The notes under the pieces: model-generated | The model's database searches: none | What the model saw: the letters and a program-made list of their open reading frames with translations, nothing else | Told to the model about the DNA's origin: nothing | Position numbers and translations under genes: made by a program | Shown here: piece by piece, positions 1 to 9,799 of the stretch | Position numbering within the stretch: the stretch's first letter is position 1 | Layout: every line of letters starts with the position of its first letter | Origin: an uncultured bacterium | Lineage (GTDB): Bacteria > Babelota > Babeliae > Babelales > Vermiphilaceae | DNA: 64,000 nt | NCBI GenBank assembly: GCA_963713925.1 | Contig: OY970212.1 | Span: 480,001 to 544,000 of the forward strand | Reading direction: 5' to 3'

Positions 1-1
1 A

Positions 2-262
2 GGGGTAGTTTTTGCAGGTAAAGAGCCTTCGAAAATTGCAAAAATCCTTAATGATTTTGCAAAAAATAATGGAGCTTTAGAGTTAGTTGCGGGATGCGTT
101 GAAAAGCAACTATACGATAAGCCTCTCATTAAGCGCATTGCAGAGCTTCCATCTCGTGAGGTGTTGCTCGCTCGTCTCTGTGGTGTTCTCGCTGGACCTA
201 TTACAAAATTGGCCGTAGTGGTAGACATGATTGCCAAGAAGAAGGCTGAACAGGCTAGTTAA
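2..262 (+). CDS. rplJ: 50S ribosomal protein L10 (3' part, truncated by window start)
   Basis: Manual translation from nt 2: GVVFAGKEPSKIAKILNDFAK...IAELPSREVLLARLCGVLAGPITKLAVVVDMIAKKKAEQAS*; LPSREVLLA motif; immediately upstream of rplL. Confidence 0.92.
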   Translation, partial: GVVFAGKEPSKIAKILNDFAKNNGALELVAGCVEKQLYDKPLIKRIAELPSREVLLARLCGVLAGPITKLAVVVDMIAKKKAEQAS

Positions 263-314
263 TAATAATTATTTTTTATCATAAGAATTTATTTATAATT
301 TGTGGAGAAAGCGC

Positions 315-713
315 ATGGCTTCAAAATCATTTGATTCAATCATTAAAGAAATCGGTAGCATGTCCGTTATTGATCTTGCGGATTTGGTTAAAGCATTAGA
401 AACAGAATTTGGTGTGTCAGCAGCAATGCCTGTTGCTTCAGGTGCCGGTGCTTCAGCCGAAGCTGCTCCAGCTGCTAAAGAAGAGAAGAATGCATTCAAG
501 GTAGTGTTGACCAACGGTGGCGCTGAAAAATTGAAAACAATCAAAGCTCTTCGTCAAGTTGTAACAACACTCGGTCTTGCTGAAGCTAAAAAAGCAGTTG
601 AAGATGCATCAGATGCAACTCCATTTGTTATAGCGGAATCAGCTCCTAAAGCAGATGCTCAAAAAATGAAAGAAGTTTTAGAAGCTGCAGGCGCTAAGGT
701 TGTTCTTCAATAA
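315..713 (+). CDS. rplL: 50S ribosomal protein L7/L12
   Basis: MSVIDLADLVKALETEFGVSAA, KTIKALR, LGLAEAKKAVE, LEAAGAKV; ATG at 315 after GGAG. Confidence 0.98.
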   Translation: MASKSFDSIIKEIGSMSVIDLADLVKALETEFGVSAAMPVASGAGASAEAAPAAKEEKNAFKVVLTNGGAEKLKTIKALRQVVTTLGLAEAKKAVEDASDATPFVIAESAPKADAQKMKEVLEAAGAKVVLQ

Positions 714-757
714 TCGAGCCTTTGCATTCACCTGTATTTTTTGTTTTGAGAGGTTTC

Positions 758-786
758 AGCTTTGCCATTTTATATGGCAAAGCTTT
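758..786 (+). terminator. Hairpin between rplL and rpoB (putative attenuator/terminator)
   Basis: agctttgccat-tttat-atggcaaagct perfect 11-bp stem followed by only a short T run. Confidence 0.5.
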
Positions 787-824
787 AGTATTGGAATGTT
801 TTGCAATTCGTGAGGAGCGACTTA

Positions 825-3800
825 ATGTCTCAATTGCACATGGGTAGAACAAATATTCGCAGGTCCTTTGGTAGCATCAAGGATATAGCGCCTGTTCCGG
901 ATTTAATCGAAATTCAATCATCATCCTTTAATGATTTTGTGCAATTAGATTACTTGCCTGAAGAACGGCAGCTCATTGGCCTTGAAAAGGTACTTCGAGA
1001 TATATTCCCGATCGAATACAATGATAAAATGTCATTGGAGTATGTCAGTTATGAGCTTGGTCATTGGAAATGTACCTGTGGTAAAATAACAGGCATTGAG
1101 AGTAGGTATCAATGGAGTTGCTCTTCGTGTAAGAAGTCAGGCACGTCTCGACTCAATAGCGAGTTGCAATGTCCTCATTGCAGCAAAAAAACAGCTCGTT
1201 ATAAAACATGTTCCAACTGTTTGACACGCGTTGAGCTTAAGTTAACTATGACACTTGATGAGTGCCGTTCAAGTGGTCAAACATTTGCAATGCCTCTCAA
1301 GATCAAAGTGCAATTAATAAGCTGGTCTTTGGATAATAACGGAAAGAAAGTTGTTCACGATATTAAGGAACAAGATATCTTCTTTGCCGATGTTCCTGTG
1401 ATGGCAGACTTGTATGAAGATAACGGAAAATTCAAAGTTGGTAATCTTGGCACATTTCTCATCAATGGTGTCGACCGCGTTATCGTAAGTCAGTTGCATC
1501 GTTCCCCAGGTGTTGTGTTTGCTCAAAGCAAAAAAGTAAAAGATCTTCGCGATAAGCCATATTATGTTGCTCGTATTATTCCAATGCGTGGATCATGGCT
1601 TGATTTCGAATTTGATAGCAATGACTACCTGTATGCTCGCATAGATAAAAAGAAAAAATTATATGTTACCACATTGTTGCAAGCGTTAGGTTTCAGCCGC
1701 GACTCAATCATGCCGTTGTTCTATGATTTCGAGACGGTATATTCTGACAAAGGTTCTTTCTATGCAAAAGTAGATTCTTCGATGATTGGTCGACGTATCG
1801 AAAAAGATATGTTGCCTGAAAAAGAAGAAAAGTCTCTTTTGGGTAAGCGTATTACAAAAGATGTCATAGCCAAATTGCTTAAAGAAGGTATCGATCGTTT
1901 CACTATTCGTCCATCCAGTCTTGTCAATCGTGTGTTTGCAAAAGATGTTATTGATGCAAAGACAGGTGAGATTCTTGTCGAGCAAGGAACTATTTTTACA
2001 GAAGAACATCAATCTCTTTTCAACAATCTCAAAGCAATTGAATTTCAACTGATTCAATCATCTGGATATGTGCTACAACCAACTATCGCATTAACTCTCA
2101 ACCAAGATAAAGTGACGACAGAAGAAGATGCATTGCGTGAAATCCATGCAAAAGTATGGCCTGGTGATAGTGCGACATTGCAAGAAATTAAAGAGCGTCT
2201 CCATTCGCTTTTCTTCAATAGCAAGTTTTATGATTTGACTAAAGTTGGTCGTATCAGAATGAATCGTAAACTTGGTCTTTCATTCCCTGCCGATTTGGCC
2301 GTGTTGACCAAGGAAGATATCGTTGCAACGGTTAAATACTTAGTTAATTTACGTGAACGTGGCGAAGGTGAACTTGATGATATTGATCATCTTGGAAATC
2401 GACGCGTCCGTTTGGTGGGTGAATTGCTCACAAACCAAGTATATCTTGGATTCTTACGCATCGAACGCATTGTTCGCGAGCGATTCAGAATGCAGGAGCC
2501 GCATGGAGCATTGATGCCGCAAGACTTCCTCAATGTAAAACCATTGAGTGCTGTGTTGAGAGAATTCTTTGGAATGGGACAGCTTTCCCAATTTATGGAT
2601 CAAACAAATCCATTGTCAGAAATTGCACATAAGCGTAGACTTTCCGCTCTCGGGCCCGGCGGTGTGTTAAAAGACAGAGCAACCTATGAAATTCGTGACG
2701 TTCATACTTCACACTATGGAAGAATCTGTCCTATCGAAACACCTGAAGGTCAAACGATCGGTTTGATTTCATCTCTTGCAACCTATGCTTTGGTAAATGA
2801 TCTTGGATTCATCGAAACAGGATATAGACCAGTCGAAAATTGCAAAATTAAAGAAGAAGTTGTTTTCCTTGATGCGTTTGAAGAATCAAATCAATATATT
2901 GCACAGGCCGATACGGTAAAAGAACATACCAAAAACGGAGTGTTGGAAGGGAAAATCTTTGCGCGTCACCAAGGTAACTTTATGTACGTTGACGCGGACA
3001 AGATCACCTATATCGATCTTTCCCCAAAACAACTCGTTTCTGTATCATCAGCATTGATACCATTCCTTGAACATGACGACGCATCGCGTGCGCTCATGGG
3101 TGCCAACATGCAACGCCAAGCTGTTCCCCTTATTCGTACCGAGGCTCCTATTGTTGGAACTGGTATGGAGCAAGAAATCGTGAAAGCATCTGGCGCTGTT
3201 GTTCTGGCAAAGCGTGCTGGAACCGTTGTATTTGTTTCTGCAGATAAAATTATCGTTCAATCGGATGAAAACAGTTTCGTTAATCAGGAAGATTGGATTG
3301 CCCACAGCATCGACACCTATTATCTCAGAAAATTTGAACGATCAAGCTACCGCACCTGGATACATCAAACTCCTATCGTACAAACCGGTGATAAGGTGAA
3401 TGCGGGAGATATTCTTTCCAATGGTCAAGCAGTGGATACCGGTGAATTGTCATTGGGAACCAACTTGCTTGTTGCATTCATGCCATGGAATGGGTACAAC
3501 TTTGAAGATGCTATCGTATTAAGCAAGAGATTGGTTGCGGATGATACATTGACTTCTGTTCATATCGAAGAATTCATTGTTGATGCACGCGATACCAAGC
3601 TCGGGCCTGAAGAAATTACCCGTGACATTCCAAATGTGAGTGAAGCGGCACTTTCAGGGCTCGATGAAGACGGTATCGTTAAGATCGGTACTCGAGTAAA
3701 GCCGGGCGATATTCTTGTCGGTAAAGTGACACTCAAGGGAGATATTCAATTCTCTCCTGAAGAGAAATTATTGCGAGCAATTTTCGGTGAAAAATCTCGT

Positions 3801-5153
3801 GAAGTTCGTGATACTTCTTTGCGTGTACCACCGGGGATTGAAGGAACCGTTATTGACGTGAAAATATTTTCACGAAGCGGTATCAGAAAAGATAAGCGAT
3901 ATAAAGAAGAAGTTGCGCTTCAAGTTACAAAGATCGAAAAAGATTATACAGATCATTTGAACTATTTTGATCGAATGATTGCACATAAAATGGTTTCGAT
4001 TCTTGATGGGCAAAAAGCGGCAGCTGCTACACCAAAAAAATATGTAGAATCTGGCGTTTTTGTAAAAGATAAGTTGTCTGGCTTGCCAGTTCAAGAGCTT
4101 TTTGATCTAAAAGCAACTGATAAGGCAAAACAAGCCGAATTGGAACAGCTCAAAGAAGCACATGAAATTCAAGTGCGAGTGTTGAACGGCTTGAAAGAAG
4201 AACACATTGATCGCATGAAGAAGGGTGACGTGTTGCCATCTGGTGTGATCAAGATGGTGAAATTGTATGTTGCAATGAAACGTTCGATTTCGATCGGTGA
4301 TAAATTAGCTGGCCGACATGGTAACAAAGGTGTCGTGTCAACTATTGTGCCTCGTGAAGACATGCCATACATGCAAGATGGAACTCCAGTTGATATCGTG
4401 TTGAATCCGCTTGGTGTACCTTCTCGTATGAACGTGGGTCAAATTCTTGAGACAGCGCTTGGTCTTGCAGGTAAAAAACTTGGTGATCAGTTGCAAGAAG
4501 TGATAGCCACACAAGGTTATAAAGAAATTAAAAACTTTATGATCGAATCGTATGGCAAAGAGCTTGTAAATTCTTATGAATCTGAATATGGCAAAGATGG
4601 TCTTATGGAATTTGCTCGACGCTCTGCCAAAGAGGGTGTTCGCTTTAGAACTCCGGTTTTTGATAGTGCGCAGCTAGATACCGATATTAAACCATTGCTT
4701 GAAAAGCTTGATTTGCCAGCCTCAGGATCGTTCAAACTTCTTGATGGAAGAACTGGTGAATCTTTCGATCAGCCCGTGACAGTTGGAAGTATTTATATGA
4801 TGAAACTGTATCACATGGTTGATGATAAATTGCATGCGCGTTCTGTCGGGCCATACTCACTTGTTACTCAGCAGCCATTGGGCGGTAAAGCTCAATTGGG
4901 CGGACAAAGACTTGGTGAAATGGAAGTATGGGCCTTGGAAGCATATGGAGCCGCATATACATTGCAAGAAATGTTGACGTATAAGTCAGATGACGTCAGT
5001 GGACGACATAAAGTGTATGAGGCGATAGTTCGTGGTGAGGATGTTCCTGAGCCAGGCGTTCCAGAATCATTCAACGTATTGATTAAGGAATTGCAAAGTT
5101 TAGGTTTACAAGTTGACCTGTTCAAGAGTGGCAAGGAGAAAGTCGGTGAATAA
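825..5153 (+). CDS. rpoB: DNA-directed RNA polymerase beta subunit, with N-terminal 8-Cys insertion
   Basis: SQFMDQTNPLSEIAHKRRLSALGPGG, GDKLAGRHGNKGVV, GQRLGEMEVWALEAYGAA; ATG 825 after GAGGAG. Confidence 0.99.
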   Translation: MSQLHMGRTNIRRSFGSIKDIAPVPDLIEIQSSSFNDFVQLDYLPEERQLIGLEKVLRDIFPIEYNDKMSLEYVSYELGHWKCTCGKITGIESRYQWSCSSCKKSGTSRLNSELQCPHCSKKTARYKTCSNCLTRVELKLTMTLDECRSSGQTFAMPLKIKVQLISWSLDNNGKKVVHDIKEQDIFFADVPVMADLYEDNGKFKVGNLGTFLINGVDRVIVSQLHRSPGVVFAQSKKVKDLRDKPYYVARIIPMRGSWLDFEFDSNDYLYARIDKKKKLYVTTLLQALGFSRDSIMPLFYDFETVYSDKGSFYAKVDSSMIGRRIEKDMLPEKEEKSLLGKRITKDVIAKLLKEGIDRFTIRPSSLVNRVFAKDVIDAKTGEILVEQGTIFTEEHQSLFNNLKAIEFQLIQSSGYVLQPTIALTLNQDKVTTEEDALREIHAKVWPGDSATLQEIKERLHSLFFNSKFYDLTKVGRIRMNRKLGLSFPADLAVLTKEDIVATVKYLVNLRERGEGELDDIDHLGNRRVRLVGELLTNQVYLGFLRIERIVRERFRMQEPHGALMPQDFLNVKPLSAVLREFFGMGQLSQFMDQTNPLSEIAHKRRLSALGPGGVLKDRATYEIRDVHTSHYGRICPIETPEGQTIGLISSLATYALVNDLGFIETGYRPVENCKIKEEVVFLDAFEESNQYIAQADTVKEHTKNGVLEGKIFARHQGNFMYVDADKITYIDLSPKQLVSVSSALIPFLEHDDASRALMGANMQRQAVPLIRTEAPIVGTGMEQEIVKASGAVVLAKRAGTVVFVSADKIIVQSDENSFVNQEDWIAHSIDTYYLRKFERSSYRTWIHQTPIVQTGDKVNAGDILSNGQAVDTGELSLGTNLLVAFMPWNGYNFEDAIVLSKRLVADDTLTSVHIEEFIVDARDTKLGPEEITRDIPNVSEAALSGLDEDGIVKIGTRVKPGDILVGKVTLKGDIQFSPEEKLLRAIFGEKSREVRDTSLRVPPGIEGTVIDVKIFSRSGIRKDKRYKEEVALQVTKIEKDYTDHLNYFDRMIAHKMVSILDGQKAAAATPKKYVESGVFVKDKLSGLPVQELFDLKATDKAKQAELEQLKEAHEIQVRVLNGLKEEHIDRMKKGDVLPSGVIKMVKLYVAMKRSISIGDKLAGRHGNKGVVSTIVPREDMPYMQDGTPVDIVLNPLGVPSRMNVGQILETALGLAGKKLGDQLQEVIATQGYKEIKNFMIESYGKELVNSYESEYGKDGLMEFARRSAKEGVRFRTPVFDSAQLDTDIKPLLEKLDLPASGSFKLLDGRTGESFDQPVTVGSIYMMKLYHMVDDKLHARSVGPYSLVTQQPLGGKAQLGGQRLGEMEVWALEAYGAAYTLQEMLTYKSDDVSGRHKVYEAIVRGEDVPEPGVPESFNVLIKELQSLGLQVDLFKSGKEKVGE

Positions 5154-8100
5154 TCGAATGCTAGACCGCTTTAAAGAATATATAAGTGTGACCCAATTCA
5201 ATGCGGTAAAAATTGGGATTGCTTCACCTGATAAAATTAGATCTCTTTCCTATGGTGAAGTCAAAAAAATTGAGACAATTAACTATCGTACTTTAAAACC
5301 TGAACGTGACGGTTTGTTCTGCGCACGCATTTTCGGTCCGGTTAAGGATTGGGAGTGTAACTGCGGAAAATATAAACGCATGAAACACCGTGGCGTAACT
5401 TGTGAAAAGTGTGGCGTCGAGGTGATTCAATCACGCGTTCGTCGTGAGCGAATGGGGCATATTGAGCTTGTTGCTCCGGTGTGTCACATTTGGTATCTCA
5501 AGGGTATCCCAAGCTATCTTGGGCTTGTCCTTGAAATGCCGGTGAAAGATTTGGAACGCGTAATTTACTTTGACGCGTACATGGTTGTTCATCAAGGTCG
5601 TTCACCATATCCCCGCAAAACGCTTTTGAGCAATGCAGAGTATGAAAATTACAAGATGGCTCACCCTGAGGATCTCGATTTTCATGCTGAGACGGGTGCT
5701 GAAGCTGTGCGACAAGTTCTTTCTATGCTTGATTTCAAACTTGAGATCGTAAAGCTCAAAGATGAATACGGCCGCAATAGTTCAGTTGCTATTCGACATA
5801 AGATTATGCGTCGCATTAAGGTTCTCAGCAGCTTAGAAGATGCTGGGTTAAGGCCGGAATGGATGATTATGTCTATACTTCCGGTGCTTCCACCTGATTT
5901 ACGACCACTTGTTCCTTTAGAAGGTGGACGATTTGCGAGCTCAGACCTCAATGAATTGTATCGACGCGTTTTGAATAGAAACATTCGTTTACAGCGCTTA
6001 ATGGAAATTGAAGCTCCTTCAGTGATTATTAAAAACGAAAAGCGCATGTTGCAAGAAGCGGTCGACGCTCTCATTGACAATGGCCGCCGTGGTCAGCCGG
6101 TTCGCGGGTCAAACAAACGTCCTCTCAAATCATTGAGCGAAATGCTTCGTGGTAAACAAGGTCGTTTCCGTCAGAACTTGCTTGGTCGTCGTGTTGACTA
6201 TTCAGCTCGTTCTGTGATCGTTGTTGATCCGGAACTTCGCATGAATCAATGCGGATTGCCGAAAGCTATGGCGCTTGAGCTATTCAAATCATATGTCTAT
6301 GCCGGATTGCTTGAACGAGAATTGGCGGCAAACCTTCGTGTTGCAAAGCGTATGGTTGAAGAATTTGATCCTGTTATTTGGGACGTTCTTGAAGACGTGG
6401 TAAAAAACAGACCGGTACTTTTAAACCGTGCTCCAACATTGCACAGGCTTGGTATTCAGGCGTTTTATCCGATCTTGGTTGACGGTAAAGCTATTAAGAT
6501 TCACCCGTTGGTTTGTTCCGCGTTTAACGCAGACTTCGACGGTGACCAAATGGCAGTTCACTTGCCACTAAGCCGAAAAGCGCAAGAAGAGAGCAAAAAT
6601 CTCATTCTATCAACACGTAATATTCTCTCGCCTTCAAACGGTCGTCCCGTTGCTGTTCCTTCTCAAGACATGATTCTTGGTCTCTACTACATGACTAAGA
6701 TTCGTATGAATACTGCGGGAGAAGGTATTACATTTTCCAATATTGGCGAAGTGGTTAACGCTTTCCAATGTAATCGTATTAATATTCATGCTCGCATCAA
6801 CTTACGCATGGACAATGGCGAAATGGTTGAAACAACCGTTGGCCGTGTACTCTTGTATGAAGCATTGCCAACAGGATCTGATCTGCAATGGGTCAACAAG
6901 ATCATGAAACGAAGCGATGTCACCAAGTTAATTGAGAAAGTGTATTACCGTTTTGGGGCAGAAGCCACTATCGAAACACTTGATAAAATTAAGAAACTTG
7001 GGTTCTCATATTCGACTCGTGGTGGGATCTCTATCTCTATTGATAATCTCGTTATTCCGCAAAAGAAAGATGAGATTGTTCATAAAGCTGAAGATCAAGT
7101 TGAAAACGTTGAGCAGCTTTATATGGATGGTGTTATCACCAATGGTGAGCGCTATAACAAAGTTATTAGTCTTTGGTATCAAGCAACGGCAGATGTCGCA
7201 CAAGAGATGAGTAAAGAACTTGAAAGTCAAGATCGTGCAAGTTATGCCAACGAATCCCATGCAAATAACCCATTCAACCCAATCTTTATGATGCTTGACT
7301 CCGGAGCTCGTGGATCAAAAGACCAAATCAAGCAGTTGGTGGGTATGCGTGGTATGATGGCAAAACCGTCCGGTGAAGTTATGGAAACTCCGGTCAAGAC
7401 CAACTTTAAGTCTGGCTTGAGCGTGTTTGAATACTTTATTTCTACCCACGGTGCTCGTAAAGGGCAGGCCGATACTGCTCTTAAGACCGCAAACTCAGGT
7501 TATTTGACCAGAAGACTCGTTGATGTCGCGCAAGATGTCGTAATAACGACAGATGATTGTAAGACACTCGGATATATTGAAGTTGAATCCTTGAAAGAAT
7601 CTGGGGATATTATTTATCCACTTTCTGAAAGAACATTCGGTCGCGTTGCTGCAATGGATATCAAGGATCCTGTTTCAGGTGAATTGATTATCAAGCAAGG
7701 TCAGGTCATCGATCGTGATGAAGTTGCAAAATTGACTGAGTCGGCTGTCACCAAGATGCCTCTTCGCTCCGTGTTAACGTGCCAGGCACGTCATGGGGTA
7801 TGTAGCGCATGCTACGGTTTTGACCTTTCAAAAGGCTCTATCGTTGATGTTGGGACAACAACTGGTATTATTGCAGCACAGTCGATCGGTGAGCCGGGAA
7901 CACAGCTTACGATGAGAACCTTCCACATCGGGGGTACCGCAAGTGGTCTTGCTGAACAGCCATACTTTGTTGCAAAACAGGATGGTATCGTTGAGTGGCG
8001 TGGCATTAGAACTGTTAAAAATCGTGCCGGACAGTCAGTGGTCATGACTCGTAAAGCGAAATTGCTTATCTTGTCACCCGACGGAAGAGAATTGCAACGA

Positions 8101-9270
8101 CACGATTTAGAATATGGTTCAACCATTTTGGTCGAAGACAAACAAGCGGTTAAAACTGGTACAAAACTTGCTGAATGGGATCCAAACAGCAAAGTATTGA
8201 TCACTGAAAAAGCAGGACGAATTAAGTTCATTGATCTTGTTGAAAACGTTACCTTGCGTGAACGCTATGACGAAGCAACAAACAAATCAAATCTCATTGT
8301 TCTTGAACATAGAGGTGAACAGTATCAACCGGCAATAGCGATTCTTGATGGTGATGAAGAGGAAGCGGTCTACTTCTTGCCTGCAGGGTCATACTTAGGT
8401 GTTCATGACGGTCAAAAGGTACAAGTCGGCGATATCTTGCTTAAGATTCCTCGAGAAGTTTCCAAGACAAAAGATATTACCGGTGGTCTTCCTCGTATTG
8501 CTGAGCTCTTTGAAGCTCGTTCGCCGAAAGACCCTGCGATTATCGCTGATATTGATGGAGAAATCGTTGTTGGTGGGTTGCAACGAGGCTTACGTAAAGT
8601 GAGCGTTGTTAATGGAAGCCAATCAGTTGATTACTTCATTCCGCGTGGCCGTCAAATGACAGTCGTCAATGGCGACCGTGTGAGTGCGGGTGATCGTCTG
8701 ACAACAGGTTCTCCAGTGCTTCATGACATGCTCAGAATTATGGGCTCTGATGTAGTTCAAAAATATCTCGTTGATCAAATTCAGCAGATTTATCGTTTGC
8801 AGGGAATCAATATCAACGATAAGCATATTGAACTTATTGTCAGACAGATGATGAGAAAAGTTCGTGTGGTTGATTCTGGAGATTCAGAATTCCTTATCGG
8901 TGACCGTGTGGACAGAATTCACTTCCAAACCGTTAATTCCGTTATTAAGGCCCAAGGTAAAAAGGGTGCGATAGCAAAGCCTGTCTTAATGGGTATTACC
9001 CAGGCATCTCTTGGTACCGAAAGCTTTATATCGGCTGCATCATTCCAAGAAACGACAAGAATCTTGGCGGAAGCTGCTATTAGTGGACAAGTTGATCACT
9101 TGTATGGATTGAAAGAGAACGTAATCGTTGGTAAATTAATCCCGGCAGGAACTGGATTGGCCAATTTCAAAGAGAAATACCTCGGGCAAACTGCCAGTGA
9201 TCTTGAAAAACAGGTTCACCAAGAAGAAATGTACGAACGATCAATAACACAGTATACTGATAGTAAATAA
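5146..9270 (+). CDS. rpoC: DNA-directed RNA polymerase beta' subunit
   Basis: NADFDGDQMAVH catalytic motif, WECNCGKYK zinc domain; likely GTG start at 5146 after AAGGAG, overlapping the rpoB stop. Confidence 0.99.
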   Translation: MNNRMLDRFKEYISVTQFNAVKIGIASPDKIRSLSYGEVKKIETINYRTLKPERDGLFCARIFGPVKDWECNCGKYKRMKHRGVTCEKCGVEVIQSRVRRERMGHIELVAPVCHIWYLKGIPSYLGLVLEMPVKDLERVIYFDAYMVVHQGRSPYPRKTLLSNAEYENYKMAHPEDLDFHAETGAEAVRQVLSMLDFKLEIVKLKDEYGRNSSVAIRHKIMRRIKVLSSLEDAGLRPEWMIMSILPVLPPDLRPLVPLEGGRFASSDLNELYRRVLNRNIRLQRLMEIEAPSVIIKNEKRMLQEAVDALIDNGRRGQPVRGSNKRPLKSLSEMLRGKQGRFRQNLLGRRVDYSARSVIVVDPELRMNQCGLPKAMALELFKSYVYAGLLERELAANLRVAKRMVEEFDPVIWDVLEDVVKNRPVLLNRAPTLHRLGIQAFYPILVDGKAIKIHPLVCSAFNADFDGDQMAVHLPLSRKAQEESKNLILSTRNILSPSNGRPVAVPSQDMILGLYYMTKIRMNTAGEGITFSNIGEVVNAFQCNRINIHARINLRMDNGEMVETTVGRVLLYEALPTGSDLQWVNKIMKRSDVTKLIEKVYYRFGAEATIETLDKIKKLGFSYSTRGGISISIDNLVIPQKKDEIVHKAEDQVENVEQLYMDGVITNGERYNKVISLWYQATADVAQEMSKELESQDRASYANESHANNPFNPIFMMLDSGARGSKDQIKQLVGMRGMMAKPSGEVMETPVKTNFKSGLSVFEYFISTHGARKGQADTALKTANSGYLTRRLVDVAQDVVITTDDCKTLGYIEVESLKESGDIIYPLSERTFGRVAAMDIKDPVSGELIIKQGQVIDRDEVAKLTESAVTKMPLRSVLTCQARHGVCSACYGFDLSKGSIVDVGTTTGIIAAQSIGEPGTQLTMRTFHIGGTASGLAEQPYFVAKQDGIVEWRGIRTVKNRAGQSVVMTRKAKLLILSPDGRELQRHDLEYGSTILVEDKQAVKTGTKLAEWDPNSKVLITEKAGRIKFIDLVENVTLRERYDEATNKSNLIVLEHRGEQYQPAIAILDGDEEEAVYFLPAGSYLGVHDGQKVQVGDILLKIPREVSKTKDITGGLPRIAELFEARSPKDPAIIADIDGEIVVGGLQRGLRKVSVVNGSQSVDYFIPRGRQMTVVNGDRVSAGDRLTTGSPVLHDMLRIMGSDVVQKYLVDQIQQIYRLQGININDKHIELIVRQMMRKVRVVDSGDSEFLIGDRVDRIHFQTVNSVIKAQGKKGAIAKPVLMGITQASLGTESFISAASFQETTRILAEAAISGQVDHLYGLKENVIVGKLIPAGTGLANFKEKYLGQTASDLEKQVHQEEMYERSITQYTDSK

Positions 9271-9279
9271 GTATTGTGT

Positions 9280-9354
9280 AGGCGCGTAGCTCAGTGGTAG
9301 AGCATTGCTTTGACGTAGCAAGGGTCAGCGGTTCAATCCCGCTCGCGCCTACCA
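9280..9354 (+). tRNA. tRNA-Val(GAC)
   Basis: Acceptor stem aggcgcg/cgcgcct + ACCA; D arm tagctcagtggtagagc; anticodon stem ttgct/agcaa with loop ttGACgt; T loop ggttcaatcc. Confidence 0.96.
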
Positions 9355-9370
9355 TAAACAAGATACAGAA

Positions 9371-9464
9371 CCCCATGCTTTGTATGGGGATTAATTAGGG
9401 TCCCAAGCGGCCTGTCACGCCAGAGCCTAAATGGCAAAGGCGGAAAATGAAATGGAGCTTGGGT
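9371..9464 (+). repeat. Family A hairpins (9371-9389; 9398-9464) with nested family B unit (9409-9444)
   Basis: ccccatgc-ttt-gtatgggg; then gggt-cccaagc...gcttggg-t enclosing ggcctgtcacgccagagcctaaatggcaaaggcgga. Confidence 0.75.
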
Positions 9465-9502
9465 GAAAATAATGTTAAAACCATAATGAGGTTTATATTC
9501 AA

Positions 9503-9772
9503 ATGGCTGTAACTCTAGACATGAAGAAGCAGATGGTAAGCACCTTTGGTTCATCAGCAAATGACACGGGATCAACCCAAGTTCAAATAGCGCTTTTGAC
9601 CCAAAGAATCAGTTCAGTAACCGAGCACTTAAAGGCAAATAAGCACGATTATTCTTCAAAGCGTGGCCTTTTGAAAATGGTTGCAAAGCGCCGTTGTTTA
9701 GTGCGATATTTGGAGCAAACAAATCCTGAGGTATATTCCCAGGTTATTGTGAAGCTTGGTTTAAAAAAATAA
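9503..9772 (+). CDS. rpsO: 30S ribosomal protein S15
   Basis: DTGSTQVQIALLT, HDYSSKRGLLKMVAKRR; upstream of pnp. Confidence 0.98.
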   Translation: MAVTLDMKKQMVSTFGSSANDTGSTQVQIALLTQRISSVTEHLKANKHDYSSKRGLLKMVAKRRCLVRYLEQTNPEVYSQVIVKLGLKK

Positions 9773-9799
9773 ATGTTAGACGAGAAAGATTAGGGTTAT

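Noticed and set aside
9280..9480. Prophage or island integrated at tRNA-Val
   Set aside because: No integrase, no duplicated tRNA 3' end seen, and core gene rpsO follows directly
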